Below, piece by piece: positions 25,624-39,484 of a DNA stretch of 58,228 nucleotides; positions within the stretch are counted from its first letter, which is position 1; every line of letters starts with the position of its first letter. The translations under genes were made by a program, and so were the position numbers. Source of the stretch: Paraglomus brasilianum. Lineage: Eukaryota. A model generated the notes under the pieces. It was not told where the DNA came from. It made no database searches and saw nothing but the letters and a program-made list of their open reading frames with translations. Location of the stretch: assembly GCA_910592345.1 (NCBI GenBank), contig CAJVPI010000085.1:1-58228 (forward strand), given 5' to 3'.

Positions 25624-27742
25624 ATGAATAGTGTGTATGCTAGGCTCGCGCTTGAAACTATTGCTGCAGCCCCAATCCCGGGGTTGGCAGTGTGTGCAAC
25701 TTTAGTTGCAACTATCGTAGACAGTGCCAAGAGAGCAAAGCACAACAAGAAGCTCTGTAAAATGTTAGCTGACGGTGCAGAGAGAGCACATGAAAGAATT
25801 ATCCGAGTCCAGCAATCAAGATTGAATTCCAGAGCAATAGATTTGTACAAAGAATCGTTGGATGATACATCCCAACTGCTGGAAAAGTTACAGCAACCTG
25901 GCTTGCTTTATAGTCTATGGCGTGTGCTGAATTCTGATGAGGTATGCCATTACATTACATCATCTATAGACACGTGCTACTACTTATAATACCATCACAT
26001 GTCTTATAGATCGAATCCCAGTTTCGAGACATTGGTAGTAAAATGGATTTGGCAGTGGCCGAAATTACTCTTGATTATGTGGCAGACATCTACGGAGCCG
26101 TCACCGATCAGTCAAGACACACAATCCAGCTTGCGGCAATTACCGGCGGTGCGACACCCAGCGACAATCTATTGCGCGACATAATGATTAACCCAGACGT
26201 GATCTACGACCCGGTGGGCGAAGATCCCGTATTCAGAGGGGATCATAAAAAAGTACGAAAGCGATTGTATCAAGGCGGAACGGTTGCTGAAATCAGGATT
26301 GGCACTTATTATTCATACAGTCAGGAAGCGAAAGATTTCTTCCGCAAGCAAGTAATAATAATGAATCTCTTGCGTGATAACGATCATATTCTGAAATTGT
26401 AAATATCGTGTCGAATTCTTTAAAATGGTTTATATAAATTTACAACGACGCTGACTTTGAGATCCCATTGACAGCTTCGGTATCGAAGAACGTACCCAAT
26501 GCTTTTATGTTATAACTCAGTGGGCCGAATTGGGAAATCTCGAAGACTATTTAAAAAGCAATGATTCATCGGCATTTTCCTGGCACGAGAAATATAGAAT
26601 AGCGCATCAAGTTGCACACGCGCTTTTCTATTGTCACGAAAGGGAAGTGCTTCATGTTGATGTGAGAAGTCCTAATATCCTCTTGGACGAAACTATGACA
26701 GCAAAGCTTAGCAATTTTGAATATTCTCGGAAGGAAGATGGTGTCTCTGTACCTGCTAGGGATCAAGCAATTAGGATAAGGTATGTGTTTTCTATTGCAT
26801 ATGTTGGAGTTGTGCTTAAGATAGTCATTTTAATCGTTCTGCAGGTGGACTGCTCCCGAAAAGCTGTCTAATCCTCAACAACGATATACGAGAAAGTGTG
26901 ACGTCTACAGGTATGGTCTAAATATTTATTTGCACACAAGCATTTCTGTTTCTTTCGCCTCTTCAAGCAATTAACTTATTCGTACGGTTTTTTATTATAT
27001 TGTTTCCTTTCCTGCCTTTGATCGACTTAGTTTCGGTATATTGTTATGGGAATTGGCATCACACAAGTGGCCATATTATGAAATCAAGACTTATAACGAT
27101 CTTTTAACGTACGTTCAAGGAGGCGGTCGTCCAACTAGAGTAGAAGAGACACCGCCAGAATATCAAGCTGTAATGGAAAAGTGCTGGGATCCAACGCCAT
27201 CGTCGCGACCGAGAATGCAAGACGCCTGCAGAATGCTCTACAATCTTTATGATAATTTTCGGAAGAGACAAAGTATTGCTCGAAGAGGTTTTTCAACATC
27301 GATACAAACGGAAAGACATCTCCAAGAAGCAGAGAAGAATGATGATAACGTTGACAGATCTGAAGAGTTGGAAGAGTACGAAATCATCCCAGAAGAACTA
27401 CCTGCTCTCGATGTTGCACTTAATTTCCATGAAATGAACGAGTATGCCAAGGCCTATCCCATTTTCAGAGGACACGCGCTCCAAGGTAGCGCAGTAGCCC
27501 ATTACTACTTGGGTATGTACCTTATGACCAACCATCCAGGTCTTCCCAATATTCAACCGGTACAATGTATGAATCATTTTCGTGCGGCTGCCGAGAAAGG
27601 TCACCATGAGGCACAGTATGAGTTTGGTAAAATTCTAATAAGCATCGGACAGGAAGAGGCCGGAATTCAGTATCTCAGAAACGCTGCAATTGCCGGCAAT
27701 ATGAATGCGCAGAATTACTTGGCGGCTAAAGCTAGTGGCTGA
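25624..27742 (+). CDS. MLKL-like protein: N-terminal four-helix-bundle-like domain + TKL-type pseudokinase + Sel1-like repeats, multi-exon
   Basis: N-terminus: AAPIPGLAVCATLVATIVDSAKRAKHNKKLCKMLAD. Kinase subdomains across introns: VAEIR, WAELGNLEDYL, LHVDVRSPNILL, KLSNFEYSR, WTAPEKL, CDVYSFGILLWEL, CWDPTPSSRP. Sel1-like C-terminus: AHYYLGMYL...AAEKGHHEAQYEFG...YLRNAAIAGN. Confidence 0.85.
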
Positions 27743-28681
27743 TGCGATTAGCGAAGACTCGACAACAAACTTTTCTATCAATAAATTATTTATTCATTTT
27801 TGGTATTGTAAATATGCAACAGTTTCGTCTCTGAGGGTCCTGGCCTTGGTAGAAATTGGCAACAAAACGAAAAAATAATTCGAAAAAACAATTAGGTCAA
27901 TGCTCCTTATTCGACTGAGCGAGGTGCAACTCAACCATCAATTCGATTTTCAATCTGGCACTTTGGAACTCTAAATTTTGTATTGAGGATCTAGTTTTTA
28001 TATCCACATCTGGCTTTGAACTAAGTTGATGATGTACTTAAGGGTTTATCTCTTACCTCTTTTTACAAATTGCCACACCATAGTGACAAGTAAATGGATG
28101 CAAGTCATCGATAAACCTTTCAATTTGAACATGTTCACATTTATTTAACTGCCAATAAAATTTAAATTCAATTGATTGATTGGGGGAAGGGGGGTTATTA
28201 CTGTTCTATGACGAAGGAATTATAATTCGTACAATAAATATATCGAGGGAAATGTTTGGTGAAACGTGATTAATTATCCCTATATGATAAACAGACCAGC
28301 CCTTCAAGAATGAAGTTTTAATCAATACAGTATGCATTGTTAATACACGAGACGCGTTTTTGTCACTCAAATTTGTTGTTAGAGTGACGGAATATCAGCT
28401 ATAATAATGATGTGGATAGCCCACCATATATTACAGTATTATGGTCTCTTAACTAAATATAGATGTTTTACACAATACACCCGATAGTCTCTTTCAATTG
28501 AATCTCAGAGTCCCTCCGTCAAAGCTTGCAATATGTACAGAAATATATTCGAGTTCAGTTCTCGCAATGTTGTCATGTGTTCGTTCGTGAACATTTCCAT
28601 TAGCTGGAAGAAAACCGTCAAAAAAATCCAAGGCATTGACAGCACGTCACTAATCATGGCAATAGTGGCAACAGATTTCTA

Positions 28682-31559
<2,878 letters not shown>

Positions 31560-32320
31560 TTAATTGGGGTAATAAACAGAGTAAAATCTTTTTAGATTTA
31601 AAATTTTTGGCTTGTGATGTAACAGTATTCAATATTATGGATATAAATGGTGTGTTTGTCGTAAATCCCGTCCAGGGTCCCAAGACCGCATTCTACATAT
31701 GTAAATCCGGGATTTACATACAACATGTTCACTAGTTTGGACAACCAATGTATAGGAATCTAACGTGGAAGATCTCAATAATATGGCTTTAGGAAAATTA
31801 AGAACTAACGAAGTGCAGGTTTGCATAGCAAATGTATGAAAAGCGGAGATTATGCTTAGGTCAAAGGTCTTGCTAATAGCGTTCTCTCTTCAAAGTCAAT
31901 GCTAACATGGGACGCGTTGCAACTAAAACCAGGCAAAGTTTGTTCAAAAGGAGAGACGCCTTGAACATAATTATTCTATTGAGCATTTTATTTTCATTAG
32001 AGACACCTTCCATAAATTATGGAACGTCTTGGATAAGATGAATCTTGAGAACGTTCAAGAGATCAATCATAATAAGAGACGTGCATGAATTGTTATAATC
32101 AGTTGAAAAGCCAAACGGTTATGTGCTATACGCAATTACCAAGTTCAACATATTGCTCCATACGGTAATACGAATACATTAGAAATTCGAAAAACAAACA
32201 TTTTAATTTGTTCGGTGTGGCAAATCTGTGATCGGCAACCCCTAAAATTTGTGTCACGTGTCGATAATTGACGTTATAAATGTTCCCGAATGATATCATT
32301 GATTCTACGCAGCTTTCATA

Positions 32321-33235
32321 ATGACAACAATTCTTCCTATGGAGATACTTGTAAGCGTACTCGAGTCATTAGAGCTTGACTTGGGTACACTCTTCGTTTG
32401 TTCATTAGCATGCAGGGGACTTTGCAAGGTTGCTGTCCCAATACTATACAGACAACCGTTCCAGCTCTGCCAAGAGTCGTCGTATTTCAAGTTGGTATCG
32501 GTATATTTGCCCTATCTCCCTGAATTCGACCGCCAATCTCCGAATATCTATGAACTTCCACTATTTGACTATCCGTCCTATCTTCAATCAGTATCGGGTA
32601 GTAAACTCCAGATTGCAATTGATGCTTACAATAAAGAATGCGAAGGAATGCCAAATCTACAGGAAGTCAAACCACTTCGTTTTTTACACATGCTGCTGAC
32701 AAACGCGAGACAAATATTGCATCTCGGCCTTGAAGAATGGGCTTGCATGCAAAGAACATCAGTATTCAATGAATTATATGTAACCTCTCAATCTCAGCGC
32801 CATCTCAAATCTTTGGAAATAAGTGTGAACGGACGATCATTGTTAGAATCTTTCTACACTCCAACGAGTCTGGAGGCTCGTATTGCTGCTCTCATCAGAG
32901 CTCAGAAAGAATTGGAAGTGTTTGCATTTGATGGACAATTATTCAGACATGAGAGTGAAATAATGGATGCTTTGCTGACTCAGAAGAATACATTGAGGGA
33001 GTTGAGAATTTATTGCAAATATCATGAAAGGTTTGATTTCGTTTCATGGCTCAAGGCTGTCCCTATGCTTCGGGTATTTAAACTTTTTGCGACAACACCA
33101 GTGAATCGTGAACTTTTGAAATATTTGAATCAGAGGCGAAATGAATTGGGAACGAATTTTAGTTTCACAGTACGTGAGGCGGTATCCTTCCCCGATTTAC
33201 TAGCCGCCATGCGATTCGAGAGTAATTGTCAATAG
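32321..33235 (+). CDS. Intronless F-box-like protein with LRR-like C-terminus
   Basis: LPMEILVSVLESLELDLGTLFVCSLACRGLCKVAVPILYRQPF...PLFDYPSYLQSV. Same family pattern as 18927-19733. Confidence 0.8.
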   Translation: MTTILPMEILVSVLESLELDLGTLFVCSLACRGLCKVAVPILYRQPFQLCQESSYFKLVSVYLPYLPEFDRQSPNIYELPLFDYPSYLQSVSGSKLQIAIDAYNKECEGMPNLQEVKPLRFLHMLLTNARQILHLGLEEWACMQRTSVFNELYVTSQSQRHLKSLEISVNGRSLLESFYTPTSLEARIAALIRAQKELEVFAFDGQLFRHESEIMDALLTQKNTLRELRIYCKYHERFDFVSWLKAVPMLRVFKLFATTPVNRELLKYLNQRRNELGTNFSFTVREAVSFPDLLAAMRFESNCQ

Positions 33236-33276
33236 TAAAGACATACCGAGAGTAATTGTTAATAGTAAAACATACC
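33217..33276 (+). repeat. 30-bp tandem duplication spanning the F-box gene stop codon
   Basis: cgagagtaattgtcaatagtaaagacatac is followed immediately by cgagagtaattgttaatagtaaaacatacc. Confidence 0.85.
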
Positions 33277-34369
33277 ACTGTCCAATCATTTTCACAATAG
33301 ATCGATCTTTTTCAACTTGCCGCCACTAAAGTTACTTGTGTGCTTCTCATCTTGCACTTTATGTTCTTGACAGTGGTGAAAAAGGTTTATACAGTTAGTA
33401 CGCTCAAAGCTGATACAGGCGTTCGCCGAATGACTGCGTTTTGAGAGGATACGATGTTAGAGAAACAAAATCAAGCGTAGTAAATGACAGAATCAAAGTT
33501 CATTTATTTTTTTTTTTTTGTGCATTTGTGGGGTAGTTGTCGTACAGGCATTCGAATAAACAGTCTGCTGGGGCATTTAAATAGTGATATGATTAAAAGG
33601 AAAACATCGGGACGAGGGACGGTTGCAACAATAACAAAACAATGACCAAAGCAATCGAGGAATAAAAGACGAGTATTGTGCGATATATTCTTCCGCGTCT
33701 GTAATTGCGCCTTTACCTCCTTTGCCGCTGTGAATGCCCGAATTGTGCTGGTCGTTAAAAGGAGAGCTCTACGCCATTGCTTGATCCTTTAGTGGGCGTA
33801 TTGATCTTTGTTAATTTCACGTTTTGTCGCGTGATATTTGACTAATAATAATTTTGATATGTGTCATTAATAGTTACAATTGTCTAGAATTAACCAAGGC
33901 CCATGAATAGTGACTTGATAATTATTTCGCGAAAAAAGTTGTGACTCAAAGAATTTTGAAAACAGCAATCTTCATCGTATATCCATTTCTACTTCTACAT
34001 CGAATTAAGTCGGTAGCTTCCCGTCAGGGTACACTGATGTATGATTAAGAATAAACGCGTTTCTAAATATCGTAACTCGCCACTCGGATGATCACGGGAC
34101 ACGAGGGCGATTATCCTTCGTTGATATACGGATTAGCGATTTCTCAGACATATCAACTAGTTTAGAGAATAGGGCATCAAATATAGGTTCAGAGTAAATG
34201 CGATACTCGTTTATTAACAATAATATTATGAAATAAAGGAATTTTTAAGGAATCAAATTCACACTGCGAAACACACCGATTCTAGCTGAAAGTCATGCTG
34301 CTTATTATTATATAACTTTAGGGTTGCAGTCTCGTGAAATGTTCGGTGACTCTAATTCTCTCTTATTTT

Positions 34370-35200
34370 TTGGTATGCGTTTATGTTCATGCAATTTTCT
34401 TCCATAAATGCTCAATTGGATTGGGATCCGGGCTTTGAGCAGGCCATGGAAGAGAAGATATCAAATTTTCCTCTTTCCAGGCAAGCACTGAGTTAGCTCT
34501 ATGAACAGAAGCATTATCATATTGAAGGACATAAGTTTTTTCATCATCCAGGCTTTCAATAAATGGTCTTCTAAAAGCTTTTTATAGACTTGGCCTGTAA
34601 TATTTCCTTCTAACACTACTTATGGTCCAGGTCGATTTTTAACAAAACAACCCCAGACCATTACCCCTTCACCATTTCGTTTTACCGTAGGCACTAGACA
34701 GTCTACATCATATTTCTCATGAGGTCTACGCCAAACCCATTGCTGACCATCGTTTTCAAATAAAAGAAACCGGGATTCATCACTCCAAATAATTGTATCC
34801 CATTCATTGTTCATCCCAACCTCTACCATCTTAAGCGTTTTATTCTGTTATTCTCAGAAACAAAGGGTTTTCTCTTCCCAATACGGCCAAAAAAGTTATA
34901 GTTATGAAGTATACGTCCAGCAGTACGAGTACTAACCTGGGTAATGCCTAGGCTCAGTAATCTCTTCAAGCAATTCTTTCCTATTATCTTTGGTTACTCG
35001 CACAAGAGTTCGCTCTTCACGGTCAGTCAAAAGAGGTGGTCTTCTTGAACGAGGAAGAGGTTCAAATTTGTTAATGATGTCATTGCAAGTAGTTCTGGGT
35101 ATTCCGAGTATTTTTGAATGTCCGTGGCGTTGTGCTTGCCTTGTGAAGTCCATAATCATTCCACGTTCAAAAACAGTGAGTTCACGAGACTTAGGCATTT
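34370..35200 (-). mobile_element. Decayed Tc1/mariner transposase
   Basis: Motifs in shifting frames: MPKSRELTVFERGMI, PRSRRPPLL, IIWSDESRF, VMVWGCF, LQYDNASVH, LPWPAQSPDPNPIEHLW. TIRs not located. Confidence 0.88.
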
Positions 35201-35335
35201 TATATAAAATCCAGCAAATAAAGCTAAAAAGTGACTTTATAATTTTTGAAAGCTACGGTCTTTGTCTGTTCGGGAAAAAAAAGCACTTGAAATTAAGTTA
35301 GATGTAAGGCGAGATTTGAATGTAGGCTACGGGGC

Positions 35336-35437
35336 ATACTTTTGGCAGGGGGGATGTATCTTTTGAGCGGACTAAAACTCCACCGGATGCTGATGCAGGA
35401 AAACAATTTCATATCGTTTTTCGAGAGAAAGCTCCAT
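35336..35437 (-). mobile_element. Solo MITE terminus (35336-35360) next to a truncated transposase-like 5' fragment
   Basis: atacttttggcaggggggatgtatc matches the right end of the 51084-51563 MITE. The adjacent minus-strand MELSLEKRYEIVFLHQHP resembles a Tc1 transposase N-terminus (inference). Confidence 0.6.
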
Positions 35438-36532
35438 TTTTTCAATGGTCTCGTCAATGATAATCAACTTTTCAATATAGGTGTCCCTGGAAGGCTGAGA
35501 GTTGATTGTTTGATAGTTGCAGACAGTGAGGAGGAGACACGTGTTCTTGATTGTTGATTCTCCTTGGCCAGTAGTATTGGAGTGGTGAATAAAAGTCCCT
35601 CGCGATAGTAGTATTGGAGTGGTCTCCAATGACTTCCACCCGTGATCTGGTTGTGGTGTAGAGTCTGTATGTTGCTAACGAGTGTGCTGGCATAGATTGA
35701 ACTCCACGAATAGGTATGCCAATGGATAACCTGTTCCACTTTTTTGTCTAAACGGCAGATAAATAAATTATTAGCAATTTTATATAGTTTATATTATTAC
35801 TTGCACGGTTTTACTTACAAGTCGCATCAAAAGATTATTTCCTTATTTTGTTCCGACTTCATATGATTAAAAAAGTGTAGGGTCATAATTGGTGGCATCA
35901 GCTTTTGAGTAAAATTGGGGTAATTATGTTGGCGAAAAGAGGTGGCATGCGAGAATGTGAGAATGGATCCATATGCATGTTTTTTAACGTAATCTCATCT
36001 TCCGTTCCAGGGGGACGGGATCGTCTACAGTGCAAGTGCCAAACAAAAGATCGTTTGTTTAAAAAGAAAGGTTGATTACCATCTGATAGTCAAGGCGGAA
36101 TTGATCTAATCGCACAATGATGTGTTGTCGGCGTATGTATGATGGTAGGGGCAGTGATATTAGTGGTGGCAATGACCACTAATGCCATCTGTATCTCTTT
36201 TTTCGTCATATCATCTTGGCGCATTCTGATGTTACTACAATACCATAAATATACGTGAGATTCAATCGATCTGATAAAAGATCATCTAAAACATTCTGTA
36301 CTACCCCTGATATGGCAATCCATCAGTTTTTGATTGCATTTGGCGTAATCTCAAGATTGTATTATAAACTTATTAAACCATGATAACAACTTGTGATACA
36401 ATACACATTACACTATTTTTATTCCATCTTTCCCACCTAATTCGCCTTTGCAGTTTATTCATCTTGCTCTGGCCTCAAGTATAAGAGAACCACTTGGCCT
36501 CTCAACTTAATTTTACTTTATCGACACTATTA

Positions 36533-36764
36533 ATGAACTCGTACTCGACCACCACATCAGCAGATTATCTCGCGCATCAAGGTAAATTGGTTAAATAGAT
36601 AGTGACGTTTTAATTCTGTATATTGGACTCCAGCGAATATCTCCTGCACGCTAGTCAGTGCGGACATTCAATATATCATATCATTGTCGAGCTCTTCTAT
36701 TCAACTCATTCAATTTGTTCCTCTTCAACGTCAAACAGTTTGGAAGACTTCTACCGCATACTAA
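36533..36764 (+). promoter_or_regulatory. Arginine attenuator peptide (AAP) uORF split by an intron: exons 36533-36581 and 36739-36764, peptide MNSYSTTTSADYLAHQVWKTSTAY
   Basis: ATG at 36533, donor G|GTAAAT at 36582, acceptor AACAG| ending at 36738, TAA at 36762-36764, which is 76 nt before the CPA1 ATG. The D-Y-L-x4-W spacing matches Neurospora (TSQDYLSDHLWR) and yeast (TCQDYISDHIWKTS) AAPs. Confidence 0.9.
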
Positions 36765-36840
36765 ATATTCCCTAAGAACATTATCTGCGCCTTCACTCAA
36801 TTACCCTACTATTACATTCTTCCCTTCCTGAGAAAAAAAA

Positions 36841-38157
36841 ATGCTCTCCCGCAAAGCACTTTTACAAATTGTGCGTCCTGGCAACACAGTCTTCCGTCCC
36901 ATAGCAGTCCGTGGCTTGGCGACTGTCACCGACAATATATATGCGAACGCGAAACCGTCTAATGCACAATATAACGTTGCGAAACGGATTCCAGCAGCAT
37001 TGAAATTAAAGACTGGACAAGTATTCAATGGCATCTCATTCGGTGCCCAGACGCCTGTATCCGGCGAAGCTGTCTTCACCACATCTCTTGTGGGATATCC
37101 CGAGTCAATGACCGATCCTTCATACCGAGGGCAAATTCTCGTCTTTACTCAACCCCTAATCGGGAACTACGGTGTACCAGCCCATAAGAAAGACAGATTC
37201 GGGCTCTTGAGCTCGTTTGAATCTGATGGCATTCAATGCGAGGCCATTGTCGTCAATGACTATGCTACTCAATATTCTCATTGGACAGCAGTAGAATCTT
37301 TGGGCGAATGGTGTACTAGGTCCAATATTCCTGCCATCAGCGGTGTAGATACTCGAGCAATCGTGCATTTGTTGCGTAATCAAGGATCAACTCTGGCTAG
37401 AGTAGACGTTGGCGATGATGCGGTTAGCATGAGTTTAGACAAGGCAGAGTTTGTCGATCCGAATACTAGAAACCTCGTTGCCGAAGTTAGTACCAAGGAA
37501 CCCGTATCTTACAATCCATACGGCGACATCAATATTGCAGTTGTTGACTGTGGTGTTAAGCATAACATTCTTCGCTCATTGACGTCACGTGGGGCTGCGA
37601 TCACGGTATTACCATGGGACTTTGATTTCAACAGTATAGCCCATCGTTTTGACGGGCTCTTCATCAGCAATGGACCCGGCAACCCTACTACAGTATCAAC
37701 TACCGTTCAAAATCTACGTACCGCCCTCACTACATTCGACAAGCCCATTTTTGGGATCTGTATGGGCAACTTGCTTCTCGGTATGGCGGCTGGTCTAGGC
37801 GTGCGCAAATTGCGCTTCGGAAATCGTGGTCATAACGTTCCTGCTGTAGACCAAACGACGGGATCATGTGTAATTACATCACAGAACCATGGTTATGCTT
37901 TAATGGATGACGCTATGCCTAAGGGTTGGGTGAAATACTTTGTCAACGCGAATGACGGTACCAATGAGGGTATCCGACACGCCAGCCTCCCAATAAAGAG
38001 TGTGCAATTCCATCCTGAAGCAAAGGGTGGACCACAAGACACCGAATACTTGTTTGACGATTTCGTGGCCGAAATCCGTGCTCACAAGCTTAAGCGGGAA
38101 GGTTTGATTGATGGCGTGAGCAAGAGCGTTGGTATTAGCCAGAGTACGCAATTGTAA
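36841..38157 (+). CDS. CPA1: Arginine-specific carbamoyl-phosphate synthase small (glutaminase) subunit with mitochondrial presequence; intronless CDS
   Basis: Motifs: GEAVFTTSLVGYPESMTDPSYRGQIL, DCGVKHNI, SNGPGNP, catalytic FGICMG, ITSQNHGYA, SVQFHPE. Arg-rich N-terminus lacking acidic residues, ending RGLAT. Confidence 0.97.
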   Translation: MLSRKALLQIVRPGNTVFRPIAVRGLATVTDNIYANAKPSNAQYNVAKRIPAALKLKTGQVFNGISFGAQTPVSGEAVFTTSLVGYPESMTDPSYRGQILVFTQPLIGNYGVPAHKKDRFGLLSSFESDGIQCEAIVVNDYATQYSHWTAVESLGEWCTRSNIPAISGVDTRAIVHLLRNQGSTLARVDVGDDAVSMSLDKAEFVDPNTRNLVAEVSTKEPVSYNPYGDINIAVVDCGVKHNILRSLTSRGAAITVLPWDFDFNSIAHRFDGLFISNGPGNPTTVSTTVQNLRTALTTFDKPIFGICMGNLLLGMAAGLGVRKLRFGNRGHNVPAVDQTTGSCVITSQNHGYALMDDAMPKGWVKYFVNANDGTNEGIRHASLPIKSVQFHPEAKGGPQDTEYLFDDFVAEIRAHKLKREGLIDGVSKSVGISQSTQL

Positions 38158-39294
38158 GGAGATTAAGGACTAGCGGAAGTTTAGAAATATCAATCATATA
38201 GGATATTATCAAATTAATAATATATGGTTCTATAAGTAGCTAATGAGAATACACTTGTCTTGTATATGATGAACGCTAATATAAAAAAGGTGAAAAGAAT
38301 CTATTTTGTAATTAACATTGACTTAAATGCATTAAAAAAAAGTATCAAAACATTAATTAATGTGCTCTCTATTATACCAAAGTGACCTTAATGGTTTGGC
38401 CACTTATCTATATAATCCATGAGAATTAAAATACTTTAAAAAGTGGACGGTAACATAATTGATGTTAATTATCGATGCATATGGCAATTTTCGACATTCA
38501 CCTGACACAATCGACATCGTATTAATCTGGAATTTACCAGAGCAATGATAGTAAATCTTGACGAGCGAAGAAGTCATCTAATGACAATATCCTATTATTC
38601 ACACATACACTCGAACAGTCAGTCTTCACGTGAGAATTCTGAGTAATGTCAAATAAATGCTCACTCAATTAACCCTATACGATCCTATGCACCGGATTTG
38701 GTTTTTACATTATACACATCCTTCATCGAACGATTAAATTCTATCGTACATGTACTTAAGACATTATTTTAGTATTGTTAATGAGCATACATATTTAGTT
38801 GGAGTGAAACAGACTTGGAATGGTTTGGATATATTTTCCTTTGTCGTGTGTCGACATGTGTGACAGAAACGAGAATACTTTTAATTTTCAGTCTAAGGCG
38901 GTTTATTGTTTAGTGAAAAGCTTGCTTTTAAAGCACTTGTTCTAATAAATACAATTCCGTTGTTAAAGAATAATATGACTCACACTTGAATGTTCATGTC
39001 TTTCTACAAATCTTACTAGGTCTATTGTCTAAATGCTCGACATGGAAACTGCCTCATGCATGTTGGCTACCGTAATGTCATGCTGTCCTAACCCGCGTAA
39101 TATCATGCAGACACAAGCAAGCTACAGTCAAAAGAGTCTTCTTGCATAATGTGAGGAATGTCAAGAGAACTTGCCATGTTGCAAATGTGAAATGTGTTAT
39201 TGTCAGACCTACTCATTTATTACTTGTCCATGGTTGTCTTTGTTTTCTTCGTAATCTCTGCGACTCGTTTCAAATGTATGCATTGTGTTGTCAG

Positions 39295-39352
39295 CAGTAG
39301 TAATAATAAGTAGTAATAGTAATAGTAGTAATAACAGTAAAAATAATAGTAA
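39295..39352. repeat. Imperfect (TAG/TAA)n trinucleotide tract upstream of LHS1
   Basis: agtagtaataataagtagtaatagtaatagtagtaataacagtaaaaataatagtaa read directly. Confidence 0.75.
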
Positions 39353-39484
39353 ACTGATAGGCATTTCCAACTGTCTATTCGTATCAGCCAATCAGAATCA
39401 GACAACACTACATTAAAACGAGAAAGGTTCTCGTATAAATCGAATTCATTCGGCGAACAGATATGCATATCACTCTAACTCATT

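Noticed and set aside
36801..38151. Antisense ORFs over CPA1 (and similar shadow ORFs over other genes in the ORF track)
   Set aside because: These are opposite-strand or off-frame shadows of real coding exons with no independent motifs.
38976..38982. TGACTCA (Gcn4/CpcA-type site)
   Set aside because: It lies downstream of CPA1 and ~500 bp upstream of LHS1; a single 7-mer is expected by chance in 58 kb.
39209..39468. Poly-Leu/poly-Tyr ORFs that look like signal-peptide proteins
   Set aside because: They are translations of the TAG/TAA microsatellite in the LHS1 upstream region.
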